Shown here in pieces: positions 1 to 8,696 of a stretch of DNA of 64,000 nucleotides. Position numbers and translations under genes: made by a program. The stretch spans positions 1,248,001-1,312,000 of the forward strand of contig OY969474.1 in NCBI GenBank assembly GCA_963700145.1, in the 5' to 3' direction. Origin of the DNA: an uncultured Acidobacteriota bacterium (GTDB lineage: Bacteria; Acidobacteriota; Thermoanaerobaculia; Multivoradales; UBA5704). Position 1 is the stretch's first letter, and each line of letters begins with the position of its first letter. The notes under the pieces are model-generated. The model was not told where the DNA came from and made no database searches. It was given only the letters and a program-made list of their open reading frames with translations.

Positions 1-1038
1 CGCCGGGGCGGCGGCGGCCGGGACGCTCGCGGCGGGCGCCGGCCAGGGCCCGGCCAGGAGCCGCTGCGCCACGCGTACCGCCGCCTCGGGGTCCCGCGCC
101 TCCGCCGGCGTCAGGACGACGTCGGCGGCCGGCGGCGGCCCGCTGGGGAAGAGCAGATCGCCGGTGCGCACCCAGGCCCGCAATCCCTCGCCGAGATCGA
201 CGACGATGCGCTCGGCGCCGCCGTGCGCCGCCGCGGCGCCCTCGCTCACCACCTTGGCGAGCCCGGCCGCCTGCAGCGCCAAGGCCATCTCGGGAAGCTC
301 CGAATGCGCGTCGGTAAGGAGCACGAGCCGCCAGGCGCCGCCGGCGCCCGACGGCCGGTAGTCGGCCGCCCCCGAGGTCACCAGCCCCGAACGGTAGCCG
401 CCGGAGGTGCTGCCCCGGTGCGGCGTGTAGCCCCAGTGCACGAGCCAGCGCCGGGCGGGTCCCGGCACTGCGCGCGGCACGAGCTGCGGCGCGGCCCACT
501 CGACGGCATACGAGCCCCAGAAGTTGGGCTCGCCGAAGCGGAGGTCGAGGATCACCCCCTTGGCCGCGGGGAGCTTCTCGTCGAGCGCCGCCTCGGCCAG
601 CGCGGCGACCATGCCGCGTGCCTGCCGCACCGACGGCAGGTCGACGAGGAGCACGCCGTTCCCCAACTCGCGCAGCAACGGCCGCTCGGGCGCTGGCACC
701 GGCGCCGGCTCTGCGCCGGCGCTCACTTCGGCCGCGGGCTCGTCCGGCCCCACGACCTCGGTTGCGGGGTCGCCGAGCGCGCCGAGCATCGCCGCGGCGA
801 CCTCGCGGTAGCGCGCGGTGGGCGCGGTGCCGTCGATCGCCGCCGCCGCCGCGGCGAAGGCCGCGTCCCAGTCCCGCTCGCTCTGCCAGAGCCCGGGGTG
901 CAGGTACTCGGCCGCCGTCCAGGCGCGGCAGAGCCCCGCGATCCGCTGCCACCGGCGGTCGGCGGGAGCGCTCTCCTCGCCGCGCAGCGGCGGCGCGGCG
1001 AGCGCGGCGAGGAGGCAGACGAGAACGGCGCGGTGCAT
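1..1038 (-). CDS. Secreted protein, probable S41-family peptidase (N-terminal part; runs off the window)
   Basis: Not in the ORF track because it has no stop in the window. Hand translation from ATG 1038: MHRAVLVCLLAALAAPPLRG (signal peptide)...RAWTAAEYLHPGL..DWDAAF...GVILDLRF, resembling the S41 peptidase N-region. Confidence 0.6.
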   Translation of the reverse strand, partial: MHRAVLVCLLAALAAPPLRGEESAPADRRWQRIAGLCRAWTAAEYLHPGLWQSERDWDAAFAAAAAAIDGTAPTARYREVAAAMLGALGDPATEVVGPDEPAAEVSAGAEPAPVPAPERPLLRELGNGVLLVDLPSVRQARGMVAALAEAALDEKLPAAKGVILDLRFGEPNFWGSYAVEWAAPQLVPRAVPGPARRWLVHWGYTPHRGSTSGGYRSGLVTSGAADYRPSGAGGAWRLVLLTDAHSELPEMALALQAAGLAKVVSEGAAAAHGGAERIVVDLGEGLRAWVRTGDLLFPSGPPPAADVVLTPAEARDPEAAVRVAQRLLAGPWPAPAASVPAAAAPA

Positions 1039-1122
1039 CAAGGCCTCCGGAAAAGAGGCCCAAGGCTAGCGTAGGAGGGGATGAGTGTGCGGCGGCGCGG
1101 AGAGAACGGCGGAAGTCCTGGC

Positions 1123-1266
1123 CTACACGGCAGCGCGGAGCCGGCGCCGCTCGTTGAGCTTGCGCACCAGGTAGACCGCGCCGACAAGCCAGAGCGGCAC
1201 GGTGAAGAAGCCCAGTCGCATCTTCTGGTTCATCAGGCCCTTGACGTTGCGCTTGACTTTGCCCAT
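1123..1266 (-). CDS. Small single-TM protein, 47 aa
   Basis: AAAGGAG SD 7 nt before ATG. MGKVKRNVKGLMNQKMRLGFFTVPLWLVGAVYLVRKLNERRRLRAAV*. GC3-rich codons. Confidence 0.7.
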   Translation of the reverse strand: MGKVKRNVKGLMNQKMRLGFFTVPLWLVGAVYLVRKLNERRRLRAAV

Positions 1267-1304
1267 GCGTCGCTCCTTTCGCGTCCGCCCCAGCGAATTT
1301 GCAA

Positions 1305-1940
1305 TCAGGGTGCCACGCGCGGCCGGCGGCGCGGCTCGTCGAGCCCGGCGTAGTCGAGCTCGATGCCGCTCGCCGCGGCGCGCAGCAGGAGCGACCCGCG
1401 GCTCATGTCGCCGAGCCCCGCGAAGCAGCGCGGGAAGCGCAGGCGCTCGCCGAAGAGCGGCAGCAGCAGGTCCACGTACTTGCCGGTCGCGACGCTGCCG
1501 AGGAGCACCGCGCGCCCGCCGCCGAGGCGCCCAGCCAGCGCCGCCGCCTGCGCCACGAGCGGCCGCGCGTAGGCGCGGTTGCGCACGTCGACCGGCGTCC
1601 GTCGCAGCCGCCGCCAGCGCTCGGGAGTCAGCGCCCAGTCCGGCGGCACCAGGCCGAAGCCCGGCGCGATGACGAAGATCCCGCCTTCGGCCGCCAGCTC
1701 GCCCGGCGGCCGCGCGAAGCGGCGGGCGTAGGCGATCTTGCCGCGGAAGTAGAGGGCGGAGAGGAAGCTGAACGCCTCGTCGAGCGGCACGCCCTCGGGG
1801 CCGCGGAAGCGCTCGGCCGCGGCGAAGCGGGCGCGCGGCGAAGCGAGCTGCCGCGCCCGCACGCCCGCGACGCTGGCCGGAGAGAGGAGGAAGACCTGCG
1901 GCGGGAGATCAGCCGCGGCGGGGGGCTCCGGGCCGCTCAT
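1305..1940 (-). CDS. Hypothetical protein
   Basis: 211-aa ORF with globular composition; start overlaps the upstream gene. Confidence 0.7.
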   Translation of the reverse strand: MSGPEPPAAADLPPQVFLLSPASVAGVRARQLASPRARFAAAERFRGPEGVPLDEAFSFLSALYFRGKIAYARRFARPPGELAAEGGIFVIAPGFGLVPPDWALTPERWRRLRRTPVDVRNRAYARPLVAQAAALAGRLGGGRAVLLGSVATGKYVDLLLPLFGERLRFPRCFAGLGDMSRGSLLLRAAASGIELDYAGLDEPRRRPRVAP

Positions 1941-2232
1941 GCTCGTCTACGAGCGACGCCTCCTCGAGCTGCTCGTCGTCGGTCGGGTGGGCCTCCTCGG
2001 CCACTCCCTTGCCGGCCGCCACGCCCGCCGCGCCGCCGATCATGCCGCCGACCACGGCGCCGGGCGGGCCGCCGACCGCCGCGCCCACCGCCGCGCCGGC
2101 GACCGCGCCGGCCAGGCCGCCGACGCCGCTCGCCACCGGGTGCTGCGGCGGTGCTTCCGGATCGCCGGGGTGGGTGGCCTCCTCGGGGCTTCCGGGCTCG
2201 GGCTCCTCGTCGTGCTCTCTCGCCTCGTCCAT
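1909..2232 (-). CDS. Glycine-zipper small membrane protein
   Basis: AGGAGG SD before MDEARE; GxxxG-rich segment GVGGLAGAVAGAAVGAAVGGPPGAVVGGMIGGAAG. Confidence 0.75.
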   Translation of the reverse strand: MDEAREHDEEPEPGSPEEATHPGDPEAPPQHPVASGVGGLAGAVAGAAVGAAVGGPPGAVVGGMIGGAAGVAAGKGVAEEAHPTDDEQLEEASLVDEHERPGAPRRG

Positions 2233-2261
2233 CGCATTCCTCCTGAGGGTCAAGGGCCGAA

Positions 2262-2290
2262 GACAAGAAGGGGCGGCCGGAGCCGCCCCT
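2262..2290 (-). terminator. Intrinsic terminator-like hairpin
   Basis: Stem AGGGGCGGC / loop / GCCGCCCCT, followed by TCTTGTCTT on the minus strand, just after the lipoprotein gene. Confidence 0.6.
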
Positions 2291-2314
2291 CATGGAATTC
2301 GACGGTCTCCGGCG

Positions 2315-2581
2315 TTACGGGCTGGGTGGCTCGTCGTCGTCGTCTTCCGGCGGCATGCTGACGTCGACGTCCGGGACGGTCACCGTGACCTCCTTGGTGC
2401 CGACATCGACGTCCGCGGCGTCCACGTCGTACTCGGGGAGGCTCCCCGGCTCGGCCGAGACATCGACGTCGACCTCGGGCAACTCCCCCTCTTCCGTCTG
2501 CCGCACGCGGCAGGCGGTCGAGGTGACGGTGGCACACAGCACCAGCAACAGCATCAACACTCGCAGCGTGGTCGACTTCAT
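2315..2581 (-). CDS. Small acidic lipoprotein
   Basis: Signal peptide with Cys (STAC) followed by acidic V/D-rich segment EEGELPEVDVDV. Confidence 0.75.
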   Translation of the reverse strand: MKSTTLRVLMLLLVLCATVTSTACRVRQTEEGELPEVDVDVSAEPGSLPEYDVDAADVDVGTKEVTVTVPDVDVSMPPEDDDDEPPSP

Positions 2582-2744
2582 CCCGACCTCCTTTCCTCTC
2601 TCGAGATGCGCCCCCGGCCCTGCCCCTGCCGCCGCCTACAGCGATTCCCGAAAAACGTTCTGGGATGGGCGGAAGGTGGGTTCGGTTCGATCTCGCGCCC
2701 GAAAGAGTGCAAGGCGCGTTCCAGCCCGGCCGGACGGCCGCCGT

Positions 2745-3680
2745 CTACAGGTACGGGTTGCCGATGTCCGCGACCACCTTCCAGCCCCCGTCGGGCTGCT
2801 GGCGCCAGACGGTCAGATAGCGGCCGCGGGCGGCGACCGCGGGCGCGGCGCCCTCGCGCCGCTCGACGAAGTCCCAGGCGCCGATCGTGTAGCCGAGGTC
2901 GCCGGCGGCGGAGGCCTCGGCGACGAGCGGCCGCCAGCGCAGGTCGGTCGCCGGATCGCCGAGCAGCGGCTCCATCTCGCCCCGGATCGCCTCACGGCCA
3001 CGCAGCAGCTTGTCGTTGCCGCCGACTTGGAGGCCGTCGGGCTCGAACCAGGCGATCCACCCCGCGGCGCCGCGCTCCGCGGTGGCCTGGTCGAAGTCGC
3101 GGTCGGCGAGCATGAGCGCCGCGGGCGCGCCCTGGATGATCGCGGTGGTGGGGAGCTGGTCGGCGGCGGGAGCGGCGGGGCGCGCGCCGGAGGGGAGCGC
3201 CGAGCGGGTGTTGATCACCTCGGCGACGACCTGCCAGGGGCCGCCGGCCCGCGGCCGGCGCCAGACCCGGACGTAGAGTCCCGGCTCTTCGATCCGCGCG
3301 GCGCCGGCGGCGCCGTCCGCGCTCAGCCGGTAGCGCCCCCAGGTCCACCCCAGGTCGCCGGAGGCCGCCGCCTGCGCACCTTCCGGCTGCCAGGTGAAGG
3401 CGAAGCCGGGCGCGGCGAAGGCCGGCGCGAGATAGGCGCGGATCGCGGCCTCGCCCGCGAGGTCGGGTGCGCCGAACCGGGAGACGGTGGCGTCCGGGGC
3501 GAAGCCGGCGAGGAAGCCATCGAGCCCGCGCTCCGCGGTGGCGCGTGCCAGCGCGCGGTCGGCTTCGAGCAGCGCGGCATCGCCGGCGGCGGGCGGCGCG
3601 GCCGCGGCGACGGGTCCGTTGGCGAGCGCGGCGGCGGCGAAGAGAGTTAGGCCGAGGAGAGCGAGGGCGAGGGCGCGCAT
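2745..3680 (-). CDS. Secreted tandem DUF4440/SnoaL (NTF2-like) protein
   Basis: Start at MRALALALLG (signal peptide); two repeats with motifs SGDLGWTWG / AGDLGYTIG...GRYLTVWRQQPDGGWKVVADIG. Confidence 0.8.
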   Translation of the reverse strand: MRALALALLGLTLFAAAALANGPVAAAAPPAAGDAALLEADRALARATAERGLDGFLAGFAPDATVSRFGAPDLAGEAAIRAYLAPAFAAPGFAFTWQPEGAQAAASGDLGWTWGRYRLSADGAAGAARIEEPGLYVRVWRRPRAGGPWQVVAEVINTRSALPSGARPAAPAADQLPTTAIIQGAPAALMLADRDFDQATAERGAAGWIAWFEPDGLQVGGNDKLLRGREAIRGEMEPLLGDPATDLRWRPLVAEASAAGDLGYTIGAWDFVERREGAAPAVAARGRYLTVWRQQPDGGWKVVADIGNPYL

Positions 3681-3688
3681 GGCGCGCG

Positions 3689-4597
3689 CTACTGTATCGG
3701 TTCCTCGGCGCCGTCCTTGCCGCGCAGGAGCTTGCCGAGCCGCGCCAGCTCGGGCGGCTCCTCGCTCTTGACGTCCGGCCATTCGACGCTGCGCGCCGAG
3801 GACGCGGCGTCGAGCCGCTCCCAGAGCGCGCGGTTGCGCACCGGCGCGCCTGCCTGCGTGCGCCAGCCGCGCCGCCGCCAGGCCGGCAGCCAGCGCGTCG
3901 CGCCGTGGCGCAGGTAGTCCGAGCCGGTGTGGAAGGCGACGGCCTCCCCGGCCGGCAGCCGCTCCAGCACTTCGGCGGCGGCCAGGAGATCGACCTGGTT
4001 GGCGGAAGCGCCGTCGGTCTCACCGCGCAGCAGCTCCTCCTCGCCGCCGGGCCGCCGCACCAGCGCCGCCCACGCCCCGCGCCCGCCGCCGGCGGTGACG
4101 CGCAGGAAGACCTCGGTGCAGGGGACGGCGGCCGCGCCGCGCGGCGTGCGCTGGGCGCGGATCGCCGCCGCCGCCAGGCGGTCGGCGCGCTCGTTGTAGC
4201 GGTCGCCGGAGTGCCCCTTGACCCAGTCCCAGGAGATCTCGTGCTGCCGCGCCAGCTCGTCGAGCCGGCGCCAGAGGTCGAGGTTCTGCACCTCGCCCGC
4301 CTTCCGCCGCCAGCCCCGCGCCACCCAGTCGGGCAGCCACTGCGTGACGCCGAGCCGCAGGTACTGCGAGTCGGTCACCAGCCGCACCCGGCTCCGCCGC
4401 CCGAGCGCCTCGAGCGCCCGGATCGCCGCCGTCAGCTCCATCCGGTTGTTCGTGCTCTGCGCCTCGCCGCCGGAAAGCTCGGTGACCTTCCCGCTCGCCG
4501 GGTGGATCAGCACGGCCCCCCAGCCCCCAGGCCCAGGGTTCGGATCGGCGCCGCCGTCGGTGTAGACGGTGACGGCGGGGAGTTCCTCGACGGGCAC
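3689..4597 (-). CDS. rnhA: Ribonuclease HI with a second, degenerate RNase H domain
   Basis: VYTDGG..PNPGPGGWG, STNNRMEL, TDSQY, WVKGHSG..NERAD motifs; the C-terminal half repeats the fold. GTG start assumed. Confidence 0.9.
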   Translation of the reverse strand: MPVEELPAVTVYTDGGADPNPGPGGWGAVLIHPASGKVTELSGGEAQSTNNRMELTAAIRALEALGRRSRVRLVTDSQYLRLGVTQWLPDWVARGWRRKAGEVQNLDLWRRLDELARQHEISWDWVKGHSGDRYNERADRLAAAAIRAQRTPRGAAAVPCTEVFLRVTAGGGRGAWAALVRRPGGEEELLRGETDGASANQVDLLAAAEVLERLPAGEAVAFHTGSDYLRHGATRWLPAWRRRGWRTQAGAPVRNRALWERLDAASSARSVEWPDVKSEEPPELARLGKLLRGKDGAEEPIQ

Positions 4598-4620
4598 GGC
4601 CGGGATCTTACCGGTGCGCC

Positions 4621-4860
4621 GGTCGTGGAAGCTCCACGACCGCCGTGGGAGTGCCACAACCGCCGTGGAAGGCCCACAACCGTCGGGGGAGGCTGACGAC
4701 CGCCGTGGAAGAGTCACAACCGTCGGGGGAGGCTGACGACCGCCGTGGAAGAGTCACAACCGTCGGGGGAGGCTGACGACCGCCGTGGAAGAGTCACAAC
4801 CGTCGTGGAAGCCCTACGACCGCCGTGGAAGCCCTACGACCGTCGCGGGAGTCTGACGAC
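4621..4860. repeat. Tandem array of 12 x 20-bp imperfectly palindromic units
   Basis: Consensus CGYCGTGGAA-NNNYN-ACRAC. The 40-bp dimer CGTCGGGGGAGGCTGACGAC-CGCCGTGGAAGAGTCACAAC is repeated exactly 3x at 4681-4800. Confidence 0.95.
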
Positions 4861-4949
4861 GTCGTGCGAGCCCGGAGCGGTTTCCTTGCGCAAGCACCGG
4901 AAAGCGCGCAGGATCATCCGTCTATAGACATGCGCATCGGAGGTGAGCC

Positions 4950-6185
4950 ATGGCCTATGGCGCGGTTTCAGAGCCCGTCCCGGTTTCCGAGGCCTTCACC
5001 CGCGAGGACGACGCGGCCCTCCAGTCGCAGGCCGCGCTCCTCCTCACCGTCGGCAACCTGCTGCGCTACCGCGATCCGCGCTTCGAGGAGCCGCCGCCGC
5101 TGCCGCCCGGGCCGGGTGTCCTCGCGGCCGAGGCGGGCGAGCCGGCCGGCGAGGCGCCGGTCCTCGCCGAGGAGGACCGCGAGGAGCTGGCCATCCCCGC
5201 CGAGCTCTTCGCCCTCTCCGCTGCCCGTGGCGCGCGCTTCGACGCCCAGTTCATCCGCGAGCGCTCGCGGCCGGACCGCGGCCTCACCGCCACGGCGGCG
5301 CCACGGAGCGACGAGGCAGAGGCGCAGACCCGCGAAGCGGCGCCGCGCCTCGCCGAGCAGCTGCAGGCCGAGCCCGCCGATCCCGTGACCGCCGCCGCGC
5401 TCGTCGAGGTCAACCTCACCAGCCCGGACGAGCTGGTGCGCGTGTCGGCGGCGGCGGCCTACGTCGAGATCGCCCTCGAGCACCAGCTCGAGCCGGCGAT
5501 CGCCATCCTGGTGCAGGGCACCGAGAGCCAGGACCCGCTGGTGCGCGAGGTGGCCGCGACCGGGCTGGCGAAGGTCGTGCCCGGCCACCCGGCGCTCCTC
5601 CGCCTCATGCAGCCGGCCGCCGCGATCGTCGAGGGCGAGCCCGCGCACACCGGCCTGATGGTGCACGGCACCTTCGCGCGGCAAGGCCGCTGGTGGCAAC
5701 CCGGCGGGGACTTCCACACCTACATCAAGACCACGCGCGCCGTCGATCCCAACCTCTACGCCGCCCCCGACCGCTTCGAGTGGTCGGGCGGCTACAGCGA
5801 CGCGGCGCGCGCCCTCGCCGCCATCGAGCTGATCGCCTGGATGAACGACCACCAGTTCGGCTGCCTCGACATCTTCGCCCACAGCCACGGCGCCAGCGTC
5901 GCGATGCTGGCGAGCAAGACCGCCAGCTTCGGGCGCATGGTGCTGCTGAGCTGTCCGGTGCACCGGCGGAAGTATTTCCCCAACTTCGCCCGCGTGCAGA
6001 AGGTCATTTCGATCCGCGTCCGCGCCGACCTGGTGATCCTCGCCGACGGCGGCGGCCAGCGCTTCCGCGACCCGCGGATCGAGGAGATCGTGCTGCCGAT
6101 CTGGTTCAACCATTCGGTCACGCACGATCCCGGCACCTGGGACGCGCAGGGGCTGCCCGGGAGGGTCGGTACGCCGATTTGCTAG
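4950..6185 (+). CDS. HEAT-repeat plus alpha/beta-hydrolase-fold protein
   Basis: GGAGG SD; HEAT-like helices (DELVRVSAAAA, DPLVREVAATGL); MVHGT and AHSHG nucleophile-elbow motifs. Confidence 0.7.
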   Translation: MAYGAVSEPVPVSEAFTREDDAALQSQAALLLTVGNLLRYRDPRFEEPPPLPPGPGVLAAEAGEPAGEAPVLAEEDREELAIPAELFALSAARGARFDAQFIRERSRPDRGLTATAAPRSDEAEAQTREAAPRLAEQLQAEPADPVTAAALVEVNLTSPDELVRVSAAAAYVEIALEHQLEPAIAILVQGTESQDPLVREVAATGLAKVVPGHPALLRLMQPAAAIVEGEPAHTGLMVHGTFARQGRWWQPGGDFHTYIKTTRAVDPNLYAAPDRFEWSGGYSDAARALAAIELIAWMNDHQFGCLDIFAHSHGASVAMLASKTASFGRMVLLSCPVHRRKYFPNFARVQKVISIRVRADLVILADGGGQRFRDPRIEEIVLPIWFNHSVTHDPGTWDAQGLPGRVGTPIC

Positions 6186-6194
6186 GTTCCCGGC

Positions 6195-6572
6195 GTGCAG
6201 GTCGGTAAGGCGGCGCAGCTCTTCGCCGCGAAGGCGCTCTGGCAGGCCACCGGGCTGCGCTCGGCGGGGCGCGCGTTGGTGCGGGCGCTGGGCTCGCCGG
6301 ACGACGCCATCCGCACCCTCGCCGGCATGTTCCTGGTGCAGGGTGGGAAGAAGGCGGCGCCCCTCCTCGACGAGGCCCTGCGCCGCCGCGAGCACCTGCC
6401 GATCGTCCTGACCCTCCTCGCCGACCTCGGCGATCCCCGCTACGAGCCGGCGCTGCGCGCCTTCGCCGCCGACCCCGATCCCGCCGTCGCCGAGAGCGCA
6501 CGCCAGGCGCTCAAGGTGCTGGAATTCGCACGCGGCGCCGCTGCGGGGCCTAGCGCTTCGCCAAGAGCGTGA
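6195..6572 (+). CDS. HEAT-repeat protein
   Basis: LGSPDDAIRTLAGMFL and DPDPAVAESARQAL; starts 9 nt after the previous gene. Confidence 0.65.
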   Translation: MQVGKAAQLFAAKALWQATGLRSAGRALVRALGSPDDAIRTLAGMFLVQGGKKAAPLLDEALRRREHLPIVLTLLADLGDPRYEPALRAFAADPDPAVAESARQALKVLEFARGAAAGPSASPRA

Positions 6573-7122
6573 AGAGCAGGCGGGCGGCGAAGTAGGCCCA
6601 GGGGATCCAGCGGGAGTCGTTCAGCGTCTCGTACCAGGGCGGCTCCGGCGGCTCGTTCGCCTGCCGCTGCCGCGCGCGGCGGCGCAGCTCCTGCCACTGG
6701 GCGTCGCGGACGTCCGCCTTCGGCCCGGCCTCGCCGCCCGCGTGCACCCAGCGCAGCAGCCGGTCCAGCTCCTCCAGATCGAACCAGGCGCCGTGCTTCT
6801 CGCAGACGTCGAGGACGACGCCGCTCTTCTGCGCGTAGTTCTGCCGCCGCATCAGAGCGCCGCAGCGGGGGCAGGAGCGGTAGGCGCGCGGCGGCTTGCG
6901 CGGGCCGTCGAGCAGGGGGGGACGCTCCAGCCGCGCCGGCAGCGGCGCCGGCGGCTCGCGGCGCGCCCGTTCGACGAGCCCCTGGAAGACCGCGCCGTCG
7001 ACCCAGAAGCCGCCGCACGCGTCGCACTCGGAGAGCTCGACCGGCGGCGTCCCCGCCTGGCGCCGGGACAGGCCCTGCTTGTCGCCGCAGGCGGGACAGG
7101 CGGGCTCCGCGAGCAGGCGCAC
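6550..7122 (-). CDS. Double zf-TFIIB-like Zn-ribbon protein
   Basis: CPAC..CDACGGFWVD and CPRC..DVCEKHGAWFD..EL. Confidence 0.75.
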   Translation of the reverse strand: MRLLAEPACPACGDKQGLSRRQAGTPPVELSECDACGGFWVDGAVFQGLVERARREPPAPLPARLERPPLLDGPRKPPRAYRSCPRCGALMRRQNYAQKSGVVLDVCEKHGAWFDLEELDRLLRWVHAGGEAGPKADVRDAQWQELRRRARQRQANEPPEPPWYETLNDSRWIPWAYFAARLLFTLLAKR

Positions 7123-7125
7123 GGC

Positions 7126-7920
7126 TCAGTCGCGGCTTTGCGACACGGGACGGCCCTCGCGGTTCTGGAGCGGGCGCGCGGTGTCCTGGTAGCGGCTTTG
7201 GAAGTCCTCAATCTGGTCGTTGGACACCGTCATCGGCTGCTTCAGGACATGCCAACGCATCCCTTCGGTGCAGGCCGGCGTGGTGAGCGATCCCTCATAG
7301 TGGTAGTAGCCGTGCGGTTCCGGCGGCAGCAGGGCGCGCGGATCGAGCGTGGCGTCGCCACCCGGTGTTGCAGCCAGGAAGGCCTTGAAGGCCGGGTTCT
7401 CCCTCCCGCCTCCGGTGAAGCGCACACCGACGACGGCCTCGATCTCGCCGCTGGCGTTGTGGTGGACGAGGTGGAGCTCCAACTCGCGCTCCGGCCGCGG
7501 CTCCGGACAGTGCTCGCAAGGGTTGTGGAAGTGGAACTGGGCCAAGGGGTATCTCTTGCCCTCGATCTCCAGGTAGGGCGGCTCCGTGGCGGCCTGCACT
7601 TGGGCCTGAAGCTCCTGGTCCCAATACACCTCGACGACCTTGAACACCGCCTCACGGTATTTGAACTCGAGCTTCGGCAGGGCAGCTGGCTCGGCAGGGG
7701 CGAGGTCGATCGGCGACTGCTTCACCCCGTTCTCGCACCGGGCGTATGGATATTGGGGCGGGCAGAGCTTCCCCCAGTTGTCGGGTCCGGTGTCGCCTTC
7801 CTTGTAGCTCCACTCGCAGTCGGCTGCCGTCTCGGGCCCGGCGGCGGGGAGGTTCGGGGCCGCGGCCGGCACGCAGGCCGTCAGCGGGAAAGCGACCAGA
7901 CACGCGAGAAGCGTTCTCAC
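7126..7920 (-). CDS. cah: Alpha-class carbonic anhydrase, lipoprotein
   Basis: WSY..GP.NW, QSPID, QFHFH..EH, ELHLVH, YEGSLTTPACTEG..W, ARPLQ; lipobox LTAC; GGAGG SD. Confidence 0.9.
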   Translation of the reverse strand: MRTLLACLVAFPLTACVPAAAPNLPAAGPETAADCEWSYKEGDTGPDNWGKLCPPQYPYARCENGVKQSPIDLAPAEPAALPKLEFKYREAVFKVVEVYWDQELQAQVQAATEPPYLEIEGKRYPLAQFHFHNPCEHCPEPRPERELELHLVHHNASGEIEAVVGVRFTGGGRENPAFKAFLAATPGGDATLDPRALLPPEPHGYYHYEGSLTTPACTEGMRWHVLKQPMTVSNDQIEDFQSRYQDTARPLQNREGRPVSQSRD

Positions 7921-7977
7921 GGCGGGCCTCCTTTCAGAAACGATGGGGTGGCGCCGCGAGACTACCGCAGTTCCGGC

Positions 7978-8607
7978 TCAGTGCTCCGCGGCGGTGCCGG
8001 CGCTCCAGGGGGGGACGACGTCGTTCATGCGCGCGTAGGCGATCGCCTGGCCGAGGTGCTCGTGCATGTGGTTGGCGAGGGTGAAGAAGAGCTCGCGGAC
8101 GGTGGCCTCGCGGCCGAAGGCCTGGACGCGCCGCTCGAGGTCGACGGGCGAGGCCTTCTCGAACTCGCTGCGGACGTGCGCGATCGAGCGGTCGAGGAGC
8201 GCCACCAGCTGGGCCTTCTCCGGCGGCGCCTGCTGCAGCGCGGCGGGGTCCACGCCTTCGAGGGCCGGCGCGCCCCAGAGGCGCGGCAGCAGGACGTTGG
8301 TCGCCACGACGTGGGCGTAGACCTCGCCGACCGAGCGCACCCCGTCGCCCGGGCGCCAGCGGTAGAGCTCGGCGGGGGTGGCCTCGGCGAGCGCGCCGAG
8401 CTTCTCGTCGAGCTCGGCCAGGTCGCGCAGGTACTCGCCTCGGAAGCCGGGGTCGGCGGGCGCGGGCGCCGGGGCGGCCGCCGGAGAAGCGACACCGGCG
8501 GGCGGCGGATCGGGAGTGAGGTCGAGGATGGTCTCGGCGGCGGCGGGCGCGGGGACGAGCGCCGCGGCGAAGACGAGCAGGGCGATCCAGCGGAGCGATG
8601 GCTTCAT
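7978..8607 (-). CDS. Secreted DinB-family protein
   Basis: Signal peptide MKPSLRWIALL; WRP..GVRSVGEVYAHV and NHMHEHLGQ..YARMN.VVPPW. Confidence 0.85.
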   Translation of the reverse strand: MKPSLRWIALLVFAAALVPAPAAAETILDLTPDPPPAGVASPAAAPAPAPADPGFRGEYLRDLAELDEKLGALAEATPAELYRWRPGDGVRSVGEVYAHVVATNVLLPRLWGAPALEGVDPAALQQAPPEKAQLVALLDRSIAHVRSEFEKASPVDLERRVQAFGREATVRELFFTLANHMHEHLGQAIAYARMNDVVPPWSAGTAAEH

Positions 8608-8696
8608 ACGGCGGTCTCCTCGGGTCCGGTGCGCGGGCCCAGGGTGCAAAAGCGCGCCGCGGCGCCGTTTCATTCCGGCTAAGATCGGGAATACCG

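Noticed and set aside
4621-4860. CRISPR array
   Set aside because: Units are contiguous with only 5-6 variable nt, there are no unique spacers, and no cas genes are in the window.
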